Source: Candidatus Bathyarchaeota archaeon (GTDB lineage: Archaea; Thermoproteota; Bathyarchaeia; Bathyarchaeales; Bathycorpusculaceae). Taken from it: a DNA stretch of 64,000 nt. Location of the stretch: positions 1-64,000 of the forward strand of contig CAWABA010000001.1 in NCBI GenBank assembly GCA_963780185.1, read 5' to 3'. Position numbers and translations under genes: made by a program. The notes under the pieces are model-generated. The model worked only from the letters and a program-made list of their open reading frames with translations. It was not told the DNA's origin and ran no database searches. This document shows, one piece after another, positions 37,501 through 46,131 of this stretch. Within the stretch, counting starts at the first letter, position 1; every line of letters begins with the position of its first letter.

Positions 37501-38757
37501 ATGAAACGCAAATCACTGATGTGCTTAATCTTAATTGTCATAGTAGTTTTTTCTGTTTTTTCTATGACTACCCGCTTTATCGACGCCGTGAATAATCCAG
37601 TTTTAAGCGTCGTCCTTTCAGGTACTACGAGCACAAATTCTATTTCCTCAGCCGTTGGAGCAACTTTCAATGTTGACGTCCGCGTCGATAATATCGGCAG
37701 TGTAACTCCAGGCGTAAATTGCGTCAGTTACGGTTTAACTTGGAACCCTGCGGTTCTATCATGCACAGCTAAAAGCGATAATTCTTGGTTGCCCAGCCAA
37801 TCAAGTATGGGCGATTTGCCCCTTAACAGCACAAGCGGGATGGAAATCATCGGTCAAATTGCCTTCGACATAAGTAACCCTGCGGCTTGTGCAACAACTG
37901 GCGGCGTAAGCGTCAACTTTACCTTTCAAGTAGTCTCAGCGGGCACCTGCACTATTGGGCTTCAGCCCAGCGACGTCGGCGTCGCATACCTCACCTATCC
38001 AGATAGCCAAGGCAATAGTCATAATGTCGTCGGAACCACAACATTGAACGCAACGTTCACTTCGTCGGCTCCATCCAATTCTTTAGTTAACATCGACGTA
38101 TTCACCAGTAAAGGCGGCGTCGGCAAGAGTGCAAGCGGCGGGGCATACGGACCCCTTCAAATGGTCCCGACTTACGCCCTAGTTACTTATGGTGGCGCTT
38201 CAATGCCTAACGAAAATGTCATGTTCACCATACTTGACGCAAACGGAACCTCTTACTATAGGCAAGGCGTCACAAACGAAAGCGGCGTCGCGACGATTCA
38301 ACCCAGCTTTCGGCTTCCCGCACCCGATTATGGTTCTCCTCATACAAGCTTTGGAAAATGGTCAATAACTGCTTCAGTCACCGTGTCGGGAGCAACAATG
38401 AGTGACAATGTAACATTTACTTTCGCCTACTTGACCGGCATAGGAAACGTAACAATCCCAGCCAGTACCCACAGAAACGAATCCCTACCAATTCAACTCA
38501 CAATAAACAATCAGGAGATTTCTGCCCAATGGACAAAGCTAAGCATTACGCTGTTTGACCATGCAGGCGCGCCCATCGGCTCCTCCATCATAACGGCATC
38601 TGGGCAAACAGAAAATATCACCGTCGTGGACGCAGCCATCACTATACCCTCATGGGCATTCACCGGGCAAGCAACCGCATACCTGTGTCTGCTCTCTAAT
38701 TCAACAAACGTTCCATTAGCCCCCGAAAGTACAGCAAAGTTCAACATCCTATCCTAA
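37501..38757 (+). CDS. secreted cohesin + two Ig-like domain protein
   Basis: GATFNVDVRVDN..WNPAVL..SWLPSQSSMG..QPSDVGVAYL; DVFTSKGG, FRLP..FGKWSITASV, TIPSWAFTGQATAY. Confidence 0.78.
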   Translation: MKRKSLMCLILIVIVVFSVFSMTTRFIDAVNNPVLSVVLSGTTSTNSISSAVGATFNVDVRVDNIGSVTPGVNCVSYGLTWNPAVLSCTAKSDNSWLPSQSSMGDLPLNSTSGMEIIGQIAFDISNPAACATTGGVSVNFTFQVVSAGTCTIGLQPSDVGVAYLTYPDSQGNSHNVVGTTTLNATFTSSAPSNSLVNIDVFTSKGGVGKSASGGAYGPLQMVPTYALVTYGGASMPNENVMFTILDANGTSYYRQGVTNESGVATIQPSFRLPAPDYGSPHTSFGKWSITASVTVSGATMSDNVTFTFAYLTGIGNVTIPASTHRNESLPIQLTINNQEISAQWTKLSITLFDHAGAPIGSSIITASGQTENITVVDAAITIPSWAFTGQATAYLCLLSNSTNVPLAPESTAKFNILS

Positions 38758-38939
38758 ATCCAAGGAAAAATCGTGTGATTTCAACCACATAGACACTATA
38801 TTTTTCCTTTTTTCTCAAAGGAACTATTTTCTAAATTTCAAAACCTCTGACTCTATTGAGTCTATTTGGATAATGGGTAAATAGTTTTGCGGCGGGAAGA
38901 CTTCAGGAGAGGACGAAAGGCAAACGAAAGAGGCTTAAT

Positions 38940-39352
38940 ATGCGGAATGTCGTTTTGGCAGCTCTTTTAATTTTTCTTATAATGACTTCAACCATTTACG
39001 TGGACGGGGCTTTTTTCTCTCAAGCACATCAAGTCACAGTCAACGCCGCAACGACATACCACTTTGTTGCAACTGGTTCTCCCGCTTCAGTGACCGCTGG
39101 GCAGTGAAAGGCGCCTCCGACGGGGCATCAGGCACGGCACATTTGACAGTAAAAAATGTGGTTTTAACAGCGGATTTGAATCACGACGGCAAAGTCGACA
39201 GCCTTGACCTCATGTACTTTGTTTATGCTTACAACAATTTTGGTGAAAACGGGATTGTTGGCCCCATCTGCGATTTTAACCATGACGGGCAAATAAACTT
39301 CCATGACTTGGTGTTATTCGTACTTGCTTACATAGCATACGAGAAAAGCTAA
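38940..39352 (+). pseudogene. remnant of a secreted dockerin protein (signal-peptide ORF 38940-39107 plus out-of-frame dockerin ORF 39104-39352)
   Basis: MRNVVLAALLIFLIMTSTI...HFVATGSPASVTAGQ* followed by ADLNHDGKVDSLDL / CDFNHDGQINFHDLVLF. Confidence 0.65.
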
Positions 39353-39808
39353 AAAGCCAGCCATAACCTGACGCAGTCAAACATCAATCCAGATAAGTTG
39401 CCCATAGCTTTCTATCTCAGGCGTGCGTTGTTTAATTCAACTATTTAGATCACTAAGAAAAAATGAACGCTAAAACATACTATGATTTGTCTTTAGATTA
39501 TATGTGAAACTTTTAAGAACATTAAAAGCCTATGACATTTTGAACCCGCAAAGATGCAATGTCCCCTAGAAAACAGATAAGGTTCGGCGAGTCAGCCTTC
39601 AACAGCCACCACAAAAAATCCCTGAGATTGGCATCTCAAATCCTAACTCATATGTTGGAAGTTAGATTCGCCGAACAACTATTTTTAGTAACCACGTAAA
39701 TAATTCCAAATTAACCCAAATACGTTCTGAACAACCCGCCCATAAATCGGGCTGAATAAATTGATTTTCGGAAGATTAGTTCTATCTTGTAGGTGCTTTT
39801 TCAACTAA

Positions 39809-40336
39809 TTACTTTGGCAACCCTGCTTGAGAATCAAATCTTGCAAAAAGAAAATAAACCAAAATTCCATCTACAAACAACCCTGCAAACGATGCGGGTG
39901 CACCAACTGCTCCCAAATACAGAAACTGAACAAACTGGAAGCAAGCGGCCAACGCAAACATCGCCAACGCAGTAAAGCGAGCAAGCCTATGTCTAACCCA
40001 AAGTCCCAATCCTACAAGCAGAAGGTCCAGCCCGATAAGCCATGAAACTAATCCGATTGTTGACGTGCTCAAATTGGCTAGTTGCCCGATGTAAAATGGG
40101 ATTCCAGGTACCCAGTTGACGGAAGAAACTACCGTTTGGACTGCCTGACTTGATGCGCCTTTGACCGTCAAAATTAGGAAAAGCCCACCGATGATTAAAA
40201 CTACTCCGAATGTTATGACTAATTTGCTGATTAAATCGGTGATGAGTGGGCGGTCTGACGTGTACTTTCTGAGCTTGTTTATTGCGTCGGTAACTGGGGA
40301 AATATAGTCTTTTACTCCTTGCTGCATCTTTATCAC
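39809..40336 (-). CDS. four-TM membrane protein, translationally coupled to phoU
   Basis: Four hydrophobic segments; GLGLWVRHRLAR motif; start overlaps the phoU stop. Confidence 0.7.
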   Translation of the reverse strand: MIKMQQGVKDYISPVTDAINKLRKYTSDRPLITDLISKLVITFGVVLIIGGLFLILTVKGASSQAVQTVVSSVNWVPGIPFYIGQLANLSTSTIGLVSWLIGLDLLLVGLGLWVRHRLARFTALAMFALAACFQFVQFLYLGAVGAPASFAGLFVDGILVYFLFARFDSQAGLPK

Positions 40337-41388
40337 ACGAGTATTGAATCTACTGTTAAGTTCAGCACGATTTCGGCGATGTCGCAGGAATATTCAGCTG
40401 TTCTTCTGATGCTTTCAATAATCAGTCGCAGACTTGCGATGTCTTCAGTGTCGATTTGGGATGATGCAACCGCTTCCCGCTCTAAAATCCCAACTTCCTT
40501 AATGCTTTCTATGATTGTTTCAGCTCGGTTGTAATCTTGCCTGAAAAGTGACTCCATTGCAGTATCAAACATTTTAATCGCTACAGCGCTCATTTTCTCT
40601 ATTTTTCCTGAAACATCGCTGTCCAATTTGTGTTTGAGCGTCAACACGTTTTCAGCTATCTTAACAGCGTGGTCTGCGGTTCGTTCAACGGACTTGGTCA
40701 CGAGACGGTAACCCAAGCAGTCTTTGCCGCTTGCAAGACCAATTTCTTTGCTTACACGGGGGTTTTGTATCGCCGTCTTTAACTGCCTTATTACGTAAAG
40801 ATTGAACCTGTCTACTTCATTATCTGTCGTTATTACGTCCTTGAGCGATAAGTTGTCGTTTGAGCCGAGGCATGATATCGCGTCTTTATGCATCGACGTT
40901 GTAATTATGCTCATTCTTCGAAGAGCACTTTGAATGGTCAATTCAGGGTAGCTTAAAAGAACCTGCAGCATCAACTGAACAGAAGTGTCAGTCACGATTT
41001 CGGTTCCAACAAGCATCCGCCGCACAAAAGCCTTCACGTCATGCCTCTGATTGGACGATAAGGATTGTTTATCTGATTTAATATGAATAGAGTTGTAACC
41101 CGACAAATATGCCGACACGATCTTTCTATTGATCATTTCAGTATCATCATTAGCGGAAACCAGAATCGTGGCTTCATCTAGCCTTTTCTGAACTCTTGAG
41201 CTTGGAGGAACAATCGTTAACAATCCGCTTTCTTCTTCATGAAGTTTAATGAAACTTCCCTTTTTCAGTTGATTTTGAGCTATCCAGTTTTTCGGCAGCG
41301 AAATAATATATGTGGAACCACCTGTAAACTGAATTTTCCGTGTTTCATCGTCCACTTTTGCCTGCCACAAACTTAGCCCTTCTCTCAC
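40333..41388 (-). CDS. phoU: archaeal phosphate regulator: AbrB-like N-terminal domain plus tandem PhoU domains
   Basis: RKIQFTGGSTYIISLPKNW (AbrB-like), YLSGY, DNEVDRF, SVERTADHA, SIRRTAEYSCDIAE. Confidence 0.9.
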   Translation of the reverse strand: MREGLSLWQAKVDDETRKIQFTGGSTYIISLPKNWIAQNQLKKGSFIKLHEEESGLLTIVPPSSRVQKRLDEATILVSANDDTEMINRKIVSAYLSGYNSIHIKSDKQSLSSNQRHDVKAFVRRMLVGTEIVTDTSVQLMLQVLLSYPELTIQSALRRMSIITTSMHKDAISCLGSNDNLSLKDVITTDNEVDRFNLYVIRQLKTAIQNPRVSKEIGLASGKDCLGYRLVTKSVERTADHAVKIAENVLTLKHKLDSDVSGKIEKMSAVAIKMFDTAMESLFRQDYNRAETIIESIKEVGILEREAVASSQIDTEDIASLRLIIESIRRTAEYSCDIAEIVLNLTVDSILV

Positions 41389-41590
41389 TTAACCAACAAG
41401 TACGTTTTGCCCTAATTGAATTACATAATAAATCTCTTCGCTAAAGAGATTATATATTAAATTATAATCTATGATGGCTATTGTGGAAACCAATATAACC
41501 CGCACGCTTCCCAGTGACTCCCCGGGGAGAGTAGCATTTCCCATTAAGCAAACAGAATAAACGCTAAATCGGGTAAGGAAAGGAAAAAAC

Positions 41591-42343
41591 TTGGGGAAAG
41601 TCGAGACTAGAAAATTCAATCTTTGGTTTAAAAATAATCACGTCCTCAAAGACATCGATTTAAACATTAAAGAAAACGCTGTCACGGCGATCATGGGGCC
41701 TTCAGGCTGCGGCAAATCGACGCTTCTGCGTTCAATCAACCGCATGAACGATCTCATCAACGGTTGCCGCACAACAGGAGAGATAAGGGTTGACGGACAA
41801 AACGTCTACGCTGACGGCAACAACGTTTACGATTTAAGAAGAAGAATAGGCATGGTTTTCCAAAAACCCAACCCGTTCCCCAAATCCATCTTCGAGAACG
41901 TGGCTTTTGGCCCCCGAATTCACAGCATGGCAAAAGGCGAAAAACTCGATGAACTTGTGGAGAAAAGCCTCAGAGGCGCCGCTTTATGGAACGAGGTCAA
42001 AGATCGACTAAACGAAAGTGCCTTTTGCCTTTCAGGAGGGCAGCAACAGCGGCTTTGCATTGCGCGTGCGTTGGCGGCGGAGCCTGAGCTTATTTTGATG
42101 GATGAGCCGTGTAGCGCTTTGGATCCTGCTGCGACTGCGCGCATTGAATCGCTTGCTGTGGAGCTTAAGCAGAAGTATACTGTTATTATTGTGACTCATA
42201 ATTTGCAGCAGGCGGCTAGGGTGTCTGATTTTACTGCTTTTATGTATGTGGGTGAGTTGGTGGAGTATGATGATACGAAGTCGTTGTTTGAAAACCCGAA
42301 GAGTGAGTTGACTCATAACTATATTACTGGGCAATTCGGTTAG
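41591..42343 (+). CDS. pstB: phosphate ABC transporter ATPase
   Basis: [67 protein letters not shown]. Confidence 0.96.
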   Translation: MGKVETRKFNLWFKNNHVLKDIDLNIKENAVTAIMGPSGCGKSTLLRSINRMNDLINGCRTTGEIRVDGQNVYADGNNVYDLRRRIGMVFQKPNPFPKSIFENVAFGPRIHSMAKGEKLDELVEKSLRGAALWNEVKDRLNESAFCLSGGQQQRLCIARALAAEPELILMDEPCSALDPAATARIESLAVELKQKYTVIIVTHNLQQAARVSDFTAFMYVGELVEYDDTKSLFENPKSELTHNYITGQFG

Positions 42344-42429
42344 TCTGCGGCGTTTTGTTTACTTAAAATCCTGTTCGTATTTTCATAAATATTAAGTCTT
42401 AACAGTCATTTACTTGTTTTGGATACACA

Positions 42430-42675
42430 ATGACCATAAACCCAAAAATAACCCACAGAATCAACATACTATTCCACAGCATAGGCTTAAGCTGTTTAGG
42501 CGGAGCAATCTTTCTCCAAATCCTCGTCTTCTCAAACATCCTCCTGCAAGGCTACTTCCGCGCAGTAGAAACCAACATCTCAATCCTTTCCCTTGAAACT
42601 ACATTGGCCGTCTTCGCAGCCATCTATTTTGTTTACGTCTACCAAAAAATCATCCGCAACGCCCTAACTAACTAG
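42430..42675 (+). CDS. small two-TM membrane protein
   Basis: 81-aa ORF with two hydrophobic helices. Confidence 0.6.
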   Translation: MTINPKITHRINILFHSIGLSCLGGAIFLQILVFSNILLQGYFRAVETNISILSLETTLAVFAAIYFVYVYQKIIRNALTN

Positions 42676-42930
42676 CTCGCACATTTTATTTTGACGTCGC
42701 CCGCGTCGATGACATAATTGGCGTTGACTTCTATTGACTAGAAACGACTACTACAAACTATTAGCAACTAAAACTGACTCAACCTGAAAACATCTCAAGC
42801 CCCAAACCAAAAAACCAGATCAAACCACAAAGAAAAAAACTGAAGCGCACCAGACTCAAACAACGCGTCCCGCCATACGGAAAGGTTATTACTTTTAGAG
42901 CGGCTTCAATCGTAGCTGGAGAAATGAAAA

Positions 42931-43692
42931 GTGCCCCTCGCATTTATTATCGGAACCGCAGGCTCAGGCAAATCCCTGTTCACAGCAGCCTTCAGCGAAT
43001 GGCTGAAGATGTCAAAACAAGACGTCGCCGTCGTCAACTTGGACCCAGGCGCGTTGAAGCTTCCATACTCGCCCGACGTTGACGTCCGCAACTACGTTGA
43101 TGTAGGCGACTTGATGGAAAAATATGGGTTAGGACCCAACGGCGCCTTGATTATGGCGGCTGATTTAATCGCTGACGAAATCGAGAACCTGAACCGCGAC
43201 ATAGCGGAAGCCCACGCTGACATCGTTTTGGTGGATACTCCTGGTCAAATGGAGTTGTTCGCTTTCAGAGCCAGCGGACCCTACATCGTGGACGAGTTAA
43301 CCAAGGAGCCTAAAGCATTAATTTACCTCTTCGACGCCGTATTCTCCATAAATCCGATGAACTACGTTTCAAACATGTTTCTTTCCGCCGCAGTTTACAA
43401 CCGATTCTTCCATCCGCAGCTGCATGTTCTTTCGAAGACTGATTTGCTTCCTAAAAAAGATGTGCAGTCGATTGCTTCTTGGTCAGCTAACCCGCGGGCG
43501 CTTGAGGACGCGATTGAAGAGAAACTGCAGGGGACAAAACGTCTCTTCAGCCGCAACATGATGCAGGCTATTAACAGGCTTGGCTTAACGTTTCTGTTGA
43601 TGCCTCTTTCGTCAAAAACAAACGAAGGCATGACTAACATCAACACCACACTTGAACGCATACTAAACCAAGGCGAAAAATACACCACTTAA
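42931..43692 (+). CDS. GPN-loop GTPase
   Basis: GTAGSGKS, VNLDPG, YGLGPNG, DTPGQMELF, SKTD. Confidence 0.92.
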   Translation: MPLAFIIGTAGSGKSLFTAAFSEWLKMSKQDVAVVNLDPGALKLPYSPDVDVRNYVDVGDLMEKYGLGPNGALIMAADLIADEIENLNRDIAEAHADIVLVDTPGQMELFAFRASGPYIVDELTKEPKALIYLFDAVFSINPMNYVSNMFLSAAVYNRFFHPQLHVLSKTDLLPKKDVQSIASWSANPRALEDAIEEKLQGTKRLFSRNMMQAINRLGLTFLLMPLSSKTNEGMTNINTTLERILNQGEKYTT

Positions 43693-43694
43693 AC

Positions 43695-44330
43695 TTACGC
43701 GGGAAGCAGCGTCCAGCCCGCGGCGAATGCTCCCCTTTTAGCTCGCAAAGATGAGTCAGCGCCAGCGATGATTATGACGTCGTTGTCTTGGGGTGCAAGT
43801 TGCTCAAGAATCTGCGTTGCAGCTTTAGGGTAGTCTTTTTCTATGCAGTCGCTGACCGATTGAATCTGCAAGTGGCCTTTTTTGAAAACAAGAACTAAGG
43901 CTTTTCTGGCGCCCGCAATGATGGCGGCGTCTCTCTGGTCGATTCCCGATTTCACCTTGTTTCCGCTGTTTTTAACTAAAAAAGCGAAGTTAAATTCAGA
44001 TTGGCTTAATTCTGTTTTGGGGATTTCGACGCGTTTGGGGAAGACTTGTTCAAAGTGACGCCAAGTCTCTTTTCCTTTTTCTGTTAGGTTACATCCGCCT
44101 TTGCTGGTTTCAATCAGCTCGGCGGTTCTGAGCCTGTTTATTATTGTGCGCACGGCTCCGTCGCCAACGCAAAGTTTCTTAGCTAACGTGTTTCTGCCCA
44201 ATGGCTTCTGTGACATTAGCTCCAGCGCGTAGAAAATGTGAAAGACGGTGAAGGTTGTTGATGGTCCTGGAGCTTTTTTTCCTGCGATTTCCTGTATGAA
44301 TTTTTTTAATGATGCAACCATTTTTCGCAC
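43695..44330 (-). CDS. wHTH + DUF4443-like protein
   Basis: GP...F..FH; LGR..L...L.VGDGAVRT HTH; GIDQRDAAIIAGA. Confidence 0.7.
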   Translation of the reverse strand: MRKMVASLKKFIQEIAGKKAPGPSTTFTVFHIFYALELMSQKPLGRNTLAKKLCVGDGAVRTIINRLRTAELIETSKGGCNLTEKGKETWRHFEQVFPKRVEIPKTELSQSEFNFAFLVKNSGNKVKSGIDQRDAAIIAGARKALVLVFKKGHLQIQSVSDCIEKDYPKAATQILEQLAPQDNDVIIIAGADSSLRAKRGAFAAGWTLLPA

Positions 44331-44367
44331 TGCTCTAACATAGCGTTGACTGGGTTTTTATAATTTG

Positions 44368-44763
44368 TTAAAGGCTTAGGCAGGTTGGCTTCGATAAGCA
44401 ATTGGCGGATACTTCGACAAGCGCTCCTGTCTTCAATTCGCAGGCGATTGTGGCGCGGGCGGGGAATTCGCTGTCGAAGAACTTCGCGTATTCAGTGTTG
44501 AATTGGTCAAACAGTGTCATGGAAGAAAGGTAAACTGTGGTTGAAACAACATCTTTCATTGTGTATTGTGCCGCTTCCAAAATGGCTTTAATGTTCTCCA
44601 TGACCTGCGTGGTCTGTGACGCTATGTCCACGGCGACTATCTTGCCTTGGTTTGGGTTAATCGGCAGTTGCCCCGAGACAAATAGCAATTTGCCCGCTTC
44701 CACTGCTTGGCTGTATGAACCCACAGGTTTTGGAGCTTTCAGGCTGAAAACTGTCTTTTTCAT
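44368..44763 (-). CDS. ridA: RidA/YjgF family enamine deaminase
   Basis: APKPVGSYSQAV, FVSGQLP, FN.EYA.FF...PAR, VEV. Confidence 0.88.
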   Translation of the reverse strand: MKKTVFSLKAPKPVGSYSQAVEAGKLLFVSGQLPINPNQGKIVAVDIASQTTQVMENIKAILEAAQYTMKDVVSTTVYLSSMTLFDQFNTEYAKFFDSEFPARATIACELKTGALVEVSANCLSKPTCLSL

Positions 44764-44921
44764 CTTATCCCTCTCTTGTTGTGCCGTCTCGGGATTAAAA
44801 TTGTTTTTTGCTTTGACGCATGTCGAAGATTTGTGTTTAGTTGCTTGCTCGTAGAAAGATTTTTAAGAAAAACGGCAAGTATCTTATGTTCCATTAACAA
44901 CTTGGATGGAAAGCGATTCCT

Positions 44922-46127
44922 ATGAGAATAAACGGAAAATACTTGTTCACTTCAGAATCTGTTGGCGAAGGGCACCCAGACAAAGTAGCAGACCAAATAT
45001 CTGACAGCGTACTTGACGCAATCTTCACAAATGACCCCAAAGCAAGAGTTGACTGCGAAACTCTCGTCATGCAGGGAACCGTGATGATTACAGGTCAAAT
45101 CACCACTTGCACCTACGTTGACATACCGAAAATTGTCCGCCAAACCCTCAAAGAAATCGGGTTCGACAACGCCAAGGACGGCTTAGACTGGGAAACCTGC
45201 GGCATCTTGGTTTCGTTGACGGCGCAGTCTGCCGACATCTCCCGAGGAGTTAACGAATCGAAAGGTCACGAGCAAGGCGCAGGCGACCAAGGCATGGTTT
45301 TCGGCTACGCAACCAACGAGACAAAAGAGCTTATGCCGCTGCCGATTATGCTGGCGCATAAACTTGTTAAGCGTTTGGCTGAATGCAGAAAAACAAAGCT
45401 TATTCCATGTCTGCGTCCTGACTGCAAGTCTCAGGTTACTGTGGAATACGTTAATGGCAAGCCTAAATGTGTAAAAACCGTGGTTATCGCTGCACAAAAC
45501 AACGGTTCGCTTGAAGATGCCGCTCTTAAGAAGGAAATTATTGAAAAGGTCATCAAGAACGTTATCCCCCCAAACATGCTGGCGGAGGACGTCAACTACG
45601 TTATCAACGGCACAGGCAGATTCGTTATCGGCGGAACTCTCGCGGATTCAGGGTTAACTGGAAGAAAAATCATCGTTGACACGTACGGCGGCGTTGGAAG
45701 CCACGGAGGCGGATGCTTCAGCGGCAAAGACCCATCAAAAGTCGACCGTTCAGGCTGCTACATGGCAAGGTACATAGCGAAAAATATTGTTGCCGCAGGA
45801 TTAGCTGATCAATGCGAAATACAAATTTCGTATGCCATCGGCGTTGCACAACCAATCTCCGTGCTGGTCAACACTTATGAAACTGGGAAACTGCCTGACT
45901 CAAAAATTCTCGAACTCATAAACAAGCACTTTGACATGAGACCTAAAGCCATCATCGACCAACTGAACCTGCTTCGACCCATCTACAAGAAAACTGCGTG
46001 TTTCGGGCACTTCGGAAGAGAAGAAGCAGACTTCGCATGGGAAAAAACCGATAAAGTCGACGTTCTCAAAAAGAACTGGAAAACGCCAAAAAAGCGTAAA
46101 CCAGAAACCCCATTTTCATTCTATTGA
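44922..46127 (+). CDS. metK: S-adenosylmethionine synthetase, bacterial/eukaryotic type
   Basis: FTSESVGEGHPDK, GAGDQG, PDCKSQVT, DSGLTGRKIIVDTYGG, GGGCFSGKDPSKVDRS, GHFGR. Confidence 0.95.
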   Translation: MRINGKYLFTSESVGEGHPDKVADQISDSVLDAIFTNDPKARVDCETLVMQGTVMITGQITTCTYVDIPKIVRQTLKEIGFDNAKDGLDWETCGILVSLTAQSADISRGVNESKGHEQGAGDQGMVFGYATNETKELMPLPIMLAHKLVKRLAECRKTKLIPCLRPDCKSQVTVEYVNGKPKCVKTVVIAAQNNGSLEDAALKKEIIEKVIKNVIPPNMLAEDVNYVINGTGRFVIGGTLADSGLTGRKIIVDTYGGVGSHGGGCFSGKDPSKVDRSGCYMARYIAKNIVAAGLADQCEIQISYAIGVAQPISVLVNTYETGKLPDSKILELINKHFDMRPKAIIDQLNLLRPIYKKTACFGHFGREEADFAWEKTDKVDVLKKNWKTPKKRKPETPFSFY

Positions 46128-46131
46128 ATAA

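Noticed and set aside
38890-38935. c-di-GMP-I riboswitch or hammerhead-like motif (GGACGAAAGGCAAAC)
   Set aside because: Only short motif fragments; the required paired stems are not present.
27908-39352. True cellulosome for polysaccharide degradation
   Set aside because: No glycoside hydrolase or CBM domain is recognisable; the only identifiable dockerin cargo is PstS-like.
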